Of a stretch of 64,000 bases of DNA, positions 7,622 to 16,316 are shown in pieces. Where the stretch lies: the sequence record OR896825.1; one strand, 5' to 3'. Position 1 is the first letter of the stretch. Each line of letters begins with the position of its first letter. A program made the translations under genes and the position numbers. The stretch comes from Escherichia phage Delraymugoa. Under the pieces are notes generated by a model. The model was not told the DNA's origin. It did not search any database and saw only the letters and a program-made list of their open reading frames with translations.

Positions 7622-8081
7622 CTCGTTTTGTTAAACGTTCACGAATATCATTGAGGATACTACAAAATTCCGATTCAGTCAATATAGTCTTTAACGGATC
7701 AGTTCCACCTATACTATGACGTAATTTCTTATTTCCGGTAGCGAGTAATGCTTTACAAAATTCTGGGTTATTCCGTGCCATCGTAACAAATGCCAGATGC
7801 ACCAGTCTGTAATAATGCTCACTCATTCGATGAATCGGGCGACCCTGAAAATATAACAGGTGATTCTCAATCTTTTCAGTTCTTCCGGTTCTTTTTGCTT
7901 TGCCACCGTGCATCAAAAAGATTTCTCTTTGTCTCTGAGGGTTCTTAAATCTTAGCCCCTGTAAAAATCCTTCTGTGCTGTTAATATCGCAACCAAATAG
8001 ACGGAATGGTCTTTTATTGAAATTACTCAATTCACCCGATGGATAAGGTCCACCCGCATAGATATCAATTTCAGAAGTCAT
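7602..8081 (-). CDS. NADAR/YbiA-like (DUF1768) protein
   Basis: GELSNFNKRPFRLFGCDINSTEGFLQGLRF aligns with E. coli YbiA DFSNFAAWPIKVDGKTWPTSEHYFQAQKF; ALLATG as in YbiA. Confidence 0.6.
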   Translation of the reverse strand: MTSEIDIYAGGPYPSGELSNFNKRPFRLFGCDINSTEGFLQGLRFKNPQRQREIFLMHGGKAKRTGRTEKIENHLLYFQGRPIHRMSEHYYRLVHLAFVTMARNNPEFCKALLATGNKKLRHSIGGTDPLKTILTESEFCSILNDIRERLTKRGENVNS

Positions 8082-8235
8082 TGAAACTAATCTCGCTAAT
8101 CAGAGAGAACGGATCATAATCGTCATTAGGAATATCGATAGTAATCGAATGAGGGTTTACCCATACACCAAACTGGTCTTCTTCGGTGAATACTTCGGTA
8201 TGGATTTCGTGGATGTTTACATTCATAGTTTTCAT
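8071..8235 (-). CDS. small hypothetical protein (54 aa), not in ORF track
   Basis: hand translation MKTMNVNIHEIHTEVFTEEDQFGVWVNPHSITIDIPNDDYDPFSLISEISFNDF; RBS AAGGAAA; stop overlaps start of next gene. Confidence 0.45.
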   Translation of the reverse strand: MKTMNVNIHEIHTEVFTEEDQFGVWVNPHSITIDIPNDDYDPFSLISEISFNDF

Positions 8236-8280
8236 AATAAAATTTCCTTAATAATCAATAACTTACAAAATCATATAGCC

Positions 8281-8307
8281 AAAATATAGGCGGGATTATT
8301 TCCCGCC
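8281..8307 (-). terminator. rho-independent terminator downstream of gene 31
   Basis: hairpin GGCGGGA/TCCCGCC 8289-8307, U-run on minus transcript. Confidence 0.55.
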
Positions 8308-8318
8308 GTTTAAAATCA

Positions 8319-8642
8319 TTAACCGTAAACTACCACAATATTCTGTTTGTGTGTTACAGTCCATTTCAGGTCGATCTCTTCTTCCTTCTTAACGCCGTTA
8401 ATAACGTCTGGATGAGGAACTTTATTCATCTTGCCATGTGGCAGTAAAACAGTTTTACCCAGCAATTCTTTATCTACCGTTTCACCGATATCAATAATCT
8501 TACCTACCAGCGGAATCTCGCCCATAGTGCGCTTTTGCTCAATAATGATCCCCATAGAGCTTTTTACTTCTGTCCCTGCGCTTTCTGCTTTAGCTTCAAT
8601 GATCACATAGTCACCAAGTGCTTTAGGAGTTTTAACGGTCAT
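8319..8642 (-). CDS. 31: co-chaperonin GroES-like (T4 gp31 homolog)
   Basis: size 107 aa, GroES-like beta pattern, position between ligase and cd. Confidence 0.6.
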   Translation of the reverse strand: MTVKTPKALGDYVIIEAKAESAGTEVKSSMGIIIEQKRTMGEIPLVGKIIDIGETVDKELLGKTVLLPHGKMNKVPHPDVINGVKKEEEIDLKWTVTHKQNIVVVYG

Positions 8643-8683
8643 AATTTTATTGCCTCTTCAAATCAATACAGTTTAATGATGAA

Positions 8684-9004
8684 TTATTTATAAATTTCGA
8701 CGATCTGCGCTGGAGTCAGCCCGTCTACATTAATCAGACTATCAAGCCCAAAACTACGGAAACCTTCAACTGCAATTTCATATACTGGCAAAGATGTTTC
8801 TGATTCTTTACGCGGTTTTTCAACATTCGGAACTAACCACTTTTCGTATGTTTCAAACGGCATCAGTGCCGGATCTCGCGTGGCGATCATCTCACGGACA
8901 GTACCATCTTTCTTAGTAAACTGCAAAGAGTGAGTACCGACCGAAAACATTTTCTTTAGTGCTTCACGAAGTGCGATATTATCAACTTGTTCAGTCATTA
9001 TCAA
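8684..9004 (-). CDS. hypothetical protein (106 aa)
   Basis: ORF only. Confidence 0.4.
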   Translation of the reverse strand: MIMTEQVDNIALREALKKMFSVGTHSLQFTKKDGTVREMIATRDPALMPFETYEKWLVPNVEKPRKESETSLPVYEIAVEGFRSFGLDSLINVDGLTPAQIVEIYK

Positions 9005-9497
9005 TACCCTTCAAATCAGTCAATAATGCTTTTGGAATACGCGTGATTGTAATATCTGCATTATTCAGAATATCAGCCCAATCACGCCCACCATTTCGAT
9101 CATATGTGTCGCAATAGTATAGATGTTTAATACCACTGTTTGCAATTGCTTTAGCGCAATCTGGACACGGTGAAGCGGTACACCACATACTAGCGCCTTC
9201 AATCGATACACCGCTACGGGCAGCAAACAAAATAGCATTTAATTCAGCATGGATCTCGTTTTTCTGTGACCATGCACTATGCTCTGGTCGTTTTTCTGGG
9301 ATCATTTTGCCGTCATCATCCAGCCAACCGTTTTTATGTGCATGACAGCTACAATTTACTTGCCCTGCTGGAGTTCCGTTAAATCCAGTAGAAATGATTC
9401 GCCCGTCTTTTTCGATCAGTGCGCCTACCTTCCACGAAACGCATTTAGAGTTCTTTGCGATTAGATAGGCGATCTGCATGTAAGTTTGTGACAACAT
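8991..9497 (-). CDS. cd: dCMP deaminase
   Basis: zinc motifs HAE...(CSCHAHKNG) and PCPDCAKAI typical of deoxycytidylate deaminase. Confidence 0.85.
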   Translation of the reverse strand: MLSQTYMQIAYLIAKNSKCVSWKVGALIEKDGRIISTGFNGTPAGQVNCSCHAHKNGWLDDDGKMIPEKRPEHSAWSQKNEIHAELNAILFAARSGVSIEGASMWCTASPCPDCAKAIANSGIKHLYYCDTYDRNGGRDWADILNNADITITRIPKALLTDLKGIDND

Positions 9498-9518
9498 AAT
9501 ATAATCCTCACATAGTAA

Positions 9519-9722
9519 TTAACCGTATACGCGAAAGTATTCTACTGATCCGTCGCTATACTGTTTTACATTGAATGTATTCACACCATGATTATTTCTC
9601 ATGATGACATATACACTGCGACGTTCATCGCTAAACGGCATAACTGGCGCTGGTTCAATATCAACACTAAAACCACGTTTAGCAAGTGCTTCGCCTAATT
9701 GCTTGAGTTTATCGGTAAACAT
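9519..9722 (-). CDS. hypothetical protein (67 aa)
   Basis: ORF only. Confidence 0.4.
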   Translation of the reverse strand: MFTDKLKQLGEALAKRGFSVDIEPAPVMPFSDERRSVYVIMRNNHGVNTFNVKQYSDGSVEYFRVYG

Positions 9723-10621
9723 TAAAAGTCTCCGTAGTTAACCTGAAAACATTCTACACCAATTGAGCGGTACATGTCAACCACTTGATCACGGTCATCT
9801 ACTGCCAACACAACATGATAACGCGGTGCAATTTCAGAGAAGAAAATCTCTTTCTTCACTTCATGATCAGGACGACGATCATTAGTTTCACGTTGAAAGT
9901 GATCGCTAGGTTCAATACCCTGTTCACGCAGCCATTGCAGAGTATCTTCTTCGCAAACATCCTCACGCCCTGAGCATGTAATGATACGATAACCATTATC
10001 ACGATACAGTTTAAGCATTTCGACCACTTGCGGACGAGGTTTATCTTCTTTGACCTTTGTCCAGTCAAACGGATGACGACCGCCCTTATCCGCTAATGTC
10101 CCATCAATATCAAAGATCACTGCCTTTGGCAGCATGGTATTCGGTTTGTATACTTCTTGACCCATATATTCCTGCATCAGATAAAATTGGTTGCGCAAAT
10201 GAGAAAGTGGAATTGCTTTCTCACCGCGATAGAAATTACGTTTCTTTAGTGTCTCAAATGATTCATTGAACACTTGTTCAGTATACACCGCGTTAAATTC
10301 TTTTGCAAGTTCTTTGTAGAATACACGATGTTTTTCTTTCAGGTTGGTATCGGAGATAATGATACTCAATCCGCGTGATAGAGTCTCACGAGCAATCATT
10401 CTCTGAATAGACTCTACCAGCTTTTCTTTTTCCTTAGTATACTTGTATTTCAAATGTGAGTCAACACCAAACAACATAAGACGAAGATCATCACGATTCA
10501 CATTACGATAATTACTAAACCGTTTACATGTTTCCATCGCCCATGTAGTTTTACCGGACCCAGAACAACCAACGGTTAAAATCACTTCACATTTCGGCAT
10601 TATTTCTCCTTCGGTTTGCAC
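9722..10621 (-). CDS. pseT: polynucleotide 5'-kinase/3'-phosphatase
   Basis: Walker A GCSGSGKTT and HAD motif VIFDIDGTL; 299 aa as T4 Pnk. Confidence 0.85.
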   Translation of the reverse strand: MQTEGEIMPKCEVILTVGCSGSGKTTWAMETCKRFSNYRNVNRDDLRLMLFGVDSHLKYKYTKEKEKLVESIQRMIARETLSRGLSIIISDTNLKEKHRVFYKELAKEFNAVYTEQVFNESFETLKKRNFYRGEKAIPLSHLRNQFYLMQEYMGQEVYKPNTMLPKAVIFDIDGTLADKGGRHPFDWTKVKEDKPRPQVVEMLKLYRDNGYRIITCSGREDVCEEDTLQWLREQGIEPSDHFQRETNDRRPDHEVKKEIFFSEIAPRYHVVLAVDDRDQVVDMYRSIGVECFQVNYGDF

Positions 10622-11052
10622 CGTTCCTCATTAAGTTCTTTTCGATAATAACACATGATCAACTTACTTTCAAGTGTATATCTCTTAATATCCGCAAGCC
10701 AGACTCTGAATTTTTGGGAGTCCTCCCACGACATAGAAACTCTAGGTTTACCGTCTATTGTATCCACTTTCAGGTCAATGTCAACTTTTTCTATTGGTGC
10801 TGGTAGTGGAGGATGTAATTTCGGTTCCTGTGAATAATGGTCCATTGTACACGAAGAAAGCGCAAATACAATAGGCAAAGCGAAGACATGGATTATGGAG
10901 GTCTGAAAATTCTTATGTGCTTTCTTAAACATCCAGTGTATCACGAAAATTGAAAACACCATCAGGATAATAATGCTTGCACCTATCCACAGATAATCAA
11001 CCAGATTAAAATTGCTTATCTGCTCTTGTGTAGGCAATATTTCTATGCTCAT
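10600..11052 (-). CDS. o-spanin-like outer-membrane lipoprotein (likely starts at internal Met ~10932)
   Basis: lipobox FALSSC followed by proline-rich periplasmic segment; position between pseT and rnlA as T4 pseT.2. Confidence 0.45.
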   Translation of the reverse strand: MSIEILPTQEQISNFNLVDYLWIGASIIILMVFSIFVIHWMFKKAHKNFQTSIIHVFALPIVFALSSCTMDHYSQEPKLHPPLPAPIEKVDIDLKVDTIDGKPRVSMSWEDSQKFRVWLADIKRYTLESKLIMCYYRKELNEERCKPKEK

Positions 11053-11372
11053 TTAGTAGCCTCCTTTAATTCTTCGGTAAACTCCTTAAATGAATCATTA
11101 AGCTGTTTCTCTACCAACTTTGGTTTTTGTGCTACTACATAGCCTCGTGTAGCGTCTTTCATTGCTTTGTTTTGTTCTTCTGCAAACTTAGTTCTTATTC
11201 CGTACATCTCCTTTTGTAGTGAGTCTACGACCTTCATCTTTTCATCTGTCTTTTTCTTATACTCTGTAAATTCCTGATTCAGTCGATCTACCTCCTTTTT
11301 ATTTTCCCACCACATATTACCACCTACCCCTAGCAACACAGAGATGATAACAATGTATATCAGCTTTGACAT
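11049..11372 (-). CDS. i-spanin-like protein (N-terminal TM anchor + periplasmic coiled coil)
   Basis: MSKLIYIVIISVLLGVGG TM then charged helical region; stop overlaps next start (ATGA). Confidence 0.45.
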   Translation of the reverse strand: MSKLIYIVIISVLLGVGGNMWWENKKEVDRLNQEFTEYKKKTDEKMKVVDSLQKEMYGIRTKFAEEQNKAMKDATRGYVVAQKPKLVEKQLNDSFKEFTEELKEATK

Positions 11373-11384
11373 ATTACCCCCAAC

Positions 11385-11410
11385 GACAAAAGGCGGGGAA
11401 CTAGCCCCGC
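11385..11410 (-). terminator. rho-independent terminator after rnlA
   Basis: hairpin GCGGGG/CCCCGC with U-run on minus transcript. Confidence 0.5.
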
Positions 11411-11416
11411 TTATTA

Positions 11417-12586
11417 TTACCAATCAATCTTATCAGCCGGAATAAGTTTCTTATAATTCCGTAGATAGTAAGTTTTCATTGAATCCAGAATACGGTCATA
11501 ATCAAGACCATCAAATGCAATCATCAGACACATGAAAATATATGCTTGTGCATCACCATGTTTACGTGATTCGATAGTCGCATTTGATGCATATGTCTTT
11601 CTGTCTTCTCCCGCGTGTGCGTTATAAAATTCTGTTGCTGTCGTGAAGGCATTGCGAAGAATAGACCTGAATGCTTCCTCGAATAGCTCGATTCGTTCCA
11701 GTGCTTCCGGTTCGCCTTCATATGCAGCACGCAAATCATCGGTTTCGCTTTCTACGACATAGTAGATCAGGTTATTAGGAAACATCGATGTGTTTTTAAT
11801 GTTATGCACACCAATATACCATTCACTCTTCACTTTGAACATTTGACCGTCTTTAGTGCGTGCAACAATTCCTTCGATACCTTCTGCGGTCCGAACTTCA
11901 TCAAGAATATTGCTAAAACGCGCTGAATCAACCTGTAACGCATTTACCAGATGAGGACGTAGGATTGCGTCAGCAAATAGCATTTGATGCGGTACGTACT
12001 CTCCTGTGACGTTATGGCGTACATTCAGAAGTGTTAGCGACGGTTCAGAATATTCTACAACAATTCGGTTGCTGGGTGCTGTATATTCAAAGTTGAAAGT
12101 ATAATCAGACCCAATATCAGCAATCTTAGCGCGTAGATCCGCATACTTCTCTGAATACAGAAGACCGTTTGCTCTCTCTGCCTGGCTTGAGTACAAGGCC
12201 GCTTTAGACTTCAACTGAACATAGCCGTTATCAATGTAGGTGCTTACTAGACTACCGTCCATTTTGTCCATGACCATTTCCACATCTTCCGGCTTAAAGC
12301 GAGCGCGATCATTCTCACCCAAATTAAAAAACTTCTCCATAGGACGAGATGCGATGCGGACCGGACGACCTTTATCGTCAATTTCAAACATGATCCCGCG
12401 ACACTCTAACGCATCTGGTTTATTCCACATTTCAGGTTTGCTCAAGTACAGATAGCTAAAAATGCGCATACGGGTTTGCATCGCCGTAATTTCATCTTTG
12501 TAATAGAACGTATCAGATCCGTCACATAGTGCCATCAGATTTTTGAACAATGCTAAAACTTTTTTGTTGTTTTCTTTTGTTGACAT
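11417..12586 (-). CDS. rnlA: RNA ligase 1
   Basis: LECRGIMFE...RIASRPMEKFFNL closely matches T4 Rnl1; 389 aa. Confidence 0.85.
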   Translation of the reverse strand: MSTKENNKKVLALFKNLMALCDGSDTFYYKDEITAMQTRMRIFSYLYLSKPEMWNKPDALECRGIMFEIDDKGRPVRIASRPMEKFFNLGENDRARFKPEDVEMVMDKMDGSLVSTYIDNGYVQLKSKAALYSSQAERANGLLYSEKYADLRAKIADIGSDYTFNFEYTAPSNRIVVEYSEPSLTLLNVRHNVTGEYVPHQMLFADAILRPHLVNALQVDSARFSNILDEVRTAEGIEGIVARTKDGQMFKVKSEWYIGVHNIKNTSMFPNNLIYYVVESETDDLRAAYEGEPEALERIELFEEAFRSILRNAFTTATEFYNAHAGEDRKTYASNATIESRKHGDAQAYIFMCLMIAFDGLDYDRILDSMKTYYLRNYKKLIPADKIDW

Positions 12587-12983
12587 AATTTGTGTTCCAT
12601 TCTGGTTTAAATTTGGTGATCAAAACAGGTTCTTCGATATCGGCAGTGCTTATAATATCTTTACCCGTTGGATTCTCAATATATAACTCAAAGCACTGTC
12701 GGTAATAGAATGTTACTGTCTTACCTTCCTCTAGCGCCTTATGAATATTCTTACTCTTGCGAGTATCCGCTGTTGGTGTTTGTCTGTTAATGCTAGTCCG
12801 GTAATAATTGATCCGCTTTCTGAGATTGACAGTCTGACCAATATATACCAGTTCATCATCAACAACAATAGCGTAAAGAACATTTAAACGGTTCTTCTGA
12901 GGCGGCAGAATCACATCACCATCTTTACACTCTAAACATGAATATTTAACGAATCCATAGTTTTCTATTAGCTCATTAATCAT
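12522..12983 (-). CDS. denA: GIY-YIG endonuclease (T4 endonuclease II-like)
   Basis: LYAIVVDDELVYIGQTVNLRKR GIY-YIG motif; position between rnlA and nrdB. Confidence 0.6.
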   Translation of the reverse strand: MINELIENYGFVKYSCLECKDGDVILPPQKNRLNVLYAIVVDDELVYIGQTVNLRKRINYYRTSINRQTPTADTRKSKNIHKALEEGKTVTFYYRQCFELYIENPTGKDIISTADIEEPVLITKFKPEWNTNYVNKRKQQKSFSIVQKSDGTM

Positions 12984-13000
12984 TATCCTTTCCTCACGTC

Positions 13001-13026
13001 ACAACAAAGGCGGGATTTCTCCCGCC
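13001..13026 (-). terminator. rho-independent terminator
   Basis: hairpin GGCGGGA-tttc-TCCCGCC, U-run on minus. Confidence 0.5.
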
Positions 13027-13033
13027 CACCTTA

Positions 13034-13432
13034 TTAACTTTCCAGAATATCGCGAGCTTCGTTACGATCCTTGATGATTTTCAAGACAAATTCCAGTTTT
13101 TCTTTGTTCAGCGTTCCATTTTCCATTGCTTCTTTGACGGTAAACACTCCGCCACCTTGCCCGTATACAGTGACAGTGATTTCACCTAACATCGTGGTAT
13201 GAAAACCGCCAATTTTCGGTGATTCGAAAGAAACAATTACCTCGCGAACAGTATTACCGTCGTTGATTTCTGAGAGGGTAATGTCGTTTTTGTAGGCGGT
13301 TGCTTTAACCATACGGATCAGCATAGTCTGATCTGGGGAGATGGTCATTTTGTCCATTGCATGTTGCAATGCAGCGTAACCGAAAACTTTAACGAAGTCC
13401 AGAACGTCTTTGCGAGTTTGAAATTTAATCAT
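13034..13432 (-). CDS. hypothetical protein (132 aa)
   Basis: ORF with RBS. Confidence 0.45.
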   Translation of the reverse strand: MIKFQTRKDVLDFVKVFGYAALQHAMDKMTISPDQTMLIRMVKATAYKNDITLSEINDGNTVREVIVSFESPKIGGFHTTMLGEITVTVYGQGGGVFTVKEAMENGTLNKEKLEFVLKIIKDRNEARDILES

Positions 13433-13465
13433 CTTGATACTCCTTAGTTGTTTTGGTATGGGAGT

Positions 13466-13494
13466 ATCTTACTACTCCCGTGATATGCTGTCAA
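13466..13494 (-). promoter_or_regulatory. early promoter TTGACA-N17-TAAGAT with GGGAGTA..TACTCCC hairpin (PeSL)
   Basis: revcomp 13489-13494 TTGACA. Confidence 0.5.
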
Positions 13495-13502
13495 CTGCTT
13501 TT

Positions 13503-13652
13503 TTATGCAACCGCAAACATCAACATTTGAACATTCTTGGCTGTCTGGCTTTCAAAGTTCTGACATTCTTTGATAATGTCCTCTACTTTCTCGCCGGAGA
13601 TCTCCGCGTAAGTTTCGATTGCCATTTTCAGTACCGCGTCAAAGTTGTTCAT
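13503..13652 (-). CDS. small hypothetical protein (49 aa), not in ORF track
   Basis: hand translation MNNFDAVLKMAIETYAEISGEKVEDIIKECQNFESQTAKNVQMLMFAVA; conserved leader. Confidence 0.4.
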   Translation of the reverse strand: MNNFDAVLKMAIETYAEISGEKVEDIIKECQNFESQTAKNVQMLMFAVA

Positions 13653-13690
13653 TTGATTCTCCTTAAAGTGTATTTCGTTTCGATGGGGGT

Positions 13691-13719
13691 ATATTACTAC
13701 CCCCGTTTCATGCTGTCAA
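13691..13719 (-). promoter_or_regulatory. early promoter TTGACA-N17-TAATAT with hairpin (PeSL)
   Basis: revcomp 13714-13719 TTGACA. Confidence 0.5.
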
Positions 13720-13938
13720 CTACTTTTTAATGACAAGTTCGAATTTTGCTACCTTGCGTCCTCGTTTATTGAAAGCAACCCACGGACGGTTTTCAATGTA
13801 GAACAATTCTTCGCCAATAATGAATACTGGCTGATTGTAAAGGCGACCCATCAGGTCACGCTGGCGAATGGTAGTAGATTCGTATACTTCGCCTACTACA
13901 AAGTGCTTGCTGATAGAGTCGGTGCAAGTAAATTTCAT
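13720..13938 (-). CDS. hypothetical protein (72 aa)
   Basis: ORF with conserved leader. Confidence 0.45.
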   Translation of the reverse strand: MKFTCTDSISKHFVVGEVYESTTIRQRDLMGRLYNQPVFIIGEELFYIENRPWVAFNKRGRKVAKFELVIKK

Positions 13939-13971
13939 TTTGATTCTCCTTTGTTTCGTTTCGATGGGGGT

Positions 13972-14000
13972 ATATTACTACCCCCGTTATTCAGTGTCAA
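13972..14000 (-). promoter_or_regulatory. early promoter TTGACA-N17-TAATAT with hairpin (PeSL)
   Basis: revcomp 13995-14000 TTGACA. Confidence 0.5.
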
Positions 14001-14007
14001 CTACTTT

Positions 14008-14226
14008 TTACTTGTTGTATTCATTCCACCATTGGGTTAGCTTATCAATTATTTTTGTGTTTCTATCCAACTTCTCCCACCGTTTTCTAGGGTTTATCAA
14101 CCGGAATAGGTAAGGTGTACTTGTTAAGTGAACTCGGTCAATGTAGTGATTGATGTACTGCTTTTCGATTCTAAGTTTCATCTTTTTACGATGAAAATAT
14201 GCAATGACTTGTTCTTCTGTTTCCAT
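14008..14226 (-). CDS. hypothetical protein (72 aa)
   Basis: ORF. Confidence 0.45.
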   Translation of the reverse strand: METEEQVIAYFHRKKMKLRIEKQYINHYIDRVHLTSTPYLFRLINPRKRWEKLDRNTKIIDKLTQWWNEYNK

Positions 14227-14250
14227 ATGTTCCTCCGTTTCGATGTGCGT

Positions 14251-14279
14251 ATTATGCTATGGCAAGATCAGATTGTCAA
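14251..14279 (-). promoter_or_regulatory. early promoter TTGACA-N17-CATAAT
   Basis: revcomp 14274-14279 TTGACA. Confidence 0.5.
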
Positions 14280-14286
14280 CACCCAA

Positions 14287-14315
14287 TAACAAAAAAGTCG
14301 CCACTATGGGCGACT
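14287..14315 (-). terminator. rho-independent terminator
   Basis: hairpin AGTCGCC/GGCGACT then UUUUUUGUUAUU on minus. Confidence 0.6.
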
Positions 14316-14326
14316 TTGAACAAACA

Positions 14327-14803
14327 TTAATCATGACCGTGATTTGCAATATCCGCTCGCGTCTTATCTTTGTGATTTCCTACGTCAAAGACACGATAAC
14401 CATTTTCACGCAAAACTTTAATCACTTCTGGGTTATCCTCAAAGACTCCGACAACTTCATCTTTATCAAAGGATTTAATTACCTCTAATTTGATGTGATA
14501 GTCTTTACGGGAATCGGTACGGCCTCTCATAAAGATTTTATCAAAACACACCCCGTTAGAAATTAACCAATCAATTGTTTCCATGTAAGCATGTGAACTT
14601 CGTCCGGTGAGGATGTAAATCAAATGCCCGTTGTCGGAAAGAGCATTAATAACACGAATTACATCGTAAATGGGGGAATCACCCCCACATGCCTTGTTAT
14701 ATTCGATCCATGACTCGACTTTATCAAGATTTTCGGTTGGCATCTTTGCTAGTCGATGTGTTGGATCTGTGATCGTAAAATCTAAATCGACAAAATATAT
14801 CAT
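14327..14803 (-). CDS. HAD-superfamily phosphatase (possible nucleotidase)
   Basis: motif I DLDFT (DxDxT), motif II ILTGRS, motif IV FEDN. Confidence 0.55.
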   Translation of the reverse strand: MIYFVDLDFTITDPTHRLAKMPTENLDKVESWIEYNKACGGDSPIYDVIRVINALSDNGHLIYILTGRSSHAYMETIDWLISNGVCFDKIFMRGRTDSRKDYHIKLEVIKSFDKDEVVGVFEDNPEVIKVLRENGYRVFDVGNHKDKTRADIANHGHD

Positions 14804-15960
14804 AGATATTTCCCGAATCGGTTGTAGTCGTCGTCTGTTAAATCGGTATTAACCTGAGATACCAGATACATAATCTCTACTTCCTGCGCTGCATTCTGTA
14901 CTTCGTCAGAGTTCAACCATTTACGCATCCACGGTAACGGATGACGACGAACACTAAACGGGCTTTTCAGTCCGGCAGCACGCATACGGGAATCTGCCAG
15001 GTATTCTACATAGGTTTTCAGAATTTCCGGTGACAGGTTAGGAATTGCCCCCATTGCGAATAGGTGGTCTACCCATTCTTTTTCTTGCTCGACAACATCC
15101 AGAAAGATTTTCGTTGCTTCGCCTTCAAGTTCTTCCGCAATCTGTTTCCACTCATCACCATCAACCCCCGTTTGCCATTGACGAATAATGTATTGTGTGC
15201 CTTTTAAGTGAAGTTGTTCATCACGCGCAATAAATTTCATGATCTTCGCGTTACCTTCCAGTAAACCACGTTCGGCAAAGCTGAAAGTACATGCAAAGGA
15301 CACATAAAAACGAATTGCTTCCAGTGCATTGACGCAGTGTGCACACAGATAAATCGAAGCCATCAGATCTCGTTTTGTATCTTCAAAAAATCTTCTTGCA
15401 TCATCTAATGCTGTCTGGTCGTCTCGTTCTTCCCAATAGCGGAGATCTTCTTTTGCATTCTCATACTTACGAATCCAATAAAGAACATCATCATAATATT
15501 TCCCGATAGATTCCGCTCGCTTCATGATAGCAGGGTTATCGATGATCTGGTCGAACTCACTGGCCGGATCAATGAAACAGTTACGCATAATGTGTGTATA
15601 GCTTCGGCTATGAATCGTTTCGCTGAATGTCCATGTTTGCAACCATGTATCGAGAGTTGGATCAGATACAATTGGTCCAAATGCTGCGGACGGTGCGCGA
15701 CCTTGAATAGAATCAAGTAATGTCTGATACTTCAAGTTTTCAGTAAAGAAACGCTTTTCAACGTCACCCATATTAAGATATTGAATGCGGTCGGTTGCAA
15801 GTGAAATTTCTTCTGGACGCCAGAAAAATGACAATTGCTTTTCGATCAGTTCTTCAAATACTTGATGACGCTGAATATCATAGCGAGCGATACCCAACCC
15901 ACTACCCAGAAACATTGGTTCGTTCATAATATCAACATGTTCGCGGTTAAATACGCTCAT
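14800..15960 (-). CDS. nrdB: ribonucleotide reductase small subunit (uninterrupted, no intron)
   Basis: 386 aa, di-iron ferritin-like motifs, adjacent to nrdA. Confidence 0.9.
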   Translation of the reverse strand: MSVFNREHVDIMNEPMFLGSGLGIARYDIQRHQVFEELIEKQLSFFWRPEEISLATDRIQYLNMGDVEKRFFTENLKYQTLLDSIQGRAPSAAFGPIVSDPTLDTWLQTWTFSETIHSRSYTHIMRNCFIDPASEFDQIIDNPAIMKRAESIGKYYDDVLYWIRKYENAKEDLRYWEERDDQTALDDARRFFEDTKRDLMASIYLCAHCVNALEAIRFYVSFACTFSFAERGLLEGNAKIMKFIARDEQLHLKGTQYIIRQWQTGVDGDEWKQIAEELEGEATKIFLDVVEQEKEWVDHLFAMGAIPNLSPEILKTYVEYLADSRMRAAGLKSPFSVRRHPLPWMRKWLNSDEVQNAAQEVEIMYLVSQVNTDLTDDDYNRFGKYL

Positions 15961-15975
15961 TAATTCACCTCACTA

Positions 15976-16143
15976 TCACTTTTTAACACAAAAGAACTTA
16001 GTATTTCTGTTTATTTCGTTATCCTGTTGCAATTCCTGCACGGCTTCAAAACAGCTTTGATGTGATGAAAACTCCACGCTGGTAACAGTTCCTTTATTAT
16101 ATGAGCCTACACTAACGGAAAGCAATAACCATAATGTAGCCAT
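15976..16143 (-). CDS. small protein with hydrophobic N-terminus (55 aa), tandem paralog
   Basis: hand translation MATLWLLLSVSVGSYNKGTVTSVEFSSHQSCFEAVQELQQDNEINRNTKFFCVKK; start overlaps upstream stop (TAATG). Confidence 0.5.
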   Translation of the reverse strand: MATLWLLLSVSVGSYNKGTVTSVEFSSHQSCFEAVQELQQDNEINRNTKFFCVKK

Positions 16144-16316
16144 TAGTTCACCTTTTGTTTTTCAACGCAATATAGATTCATAAAGCGTTTATTGTCTTCG
16201 CGGATAATCTCGCGAGCTTTAACGCAATCCTGCTTTGTTGCAAATTCAATGCTTGACATATTTCCGTAATTATACATTGAATTGCTGATTGCAATCAATA
16301 ACCATACAGTAGCCAT
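16143..16316 (-). CDS. small protein with hydrophobic N-terminus (57 aa), tandem paralog
   Basis: hand translation MATVWLLIAISNSMYNYGNMSSIEFATKQDCVKAREIIREDNKRFMNLYCVEKQKVN; TAATG overlaps at both ends. Confidence 0.5.
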   Translation of the reverse strand: MATVWLLIAISNSMYNYGNMSSIEFATKQDCVKAREIIREDNKRFMNLYCVEKQKVN

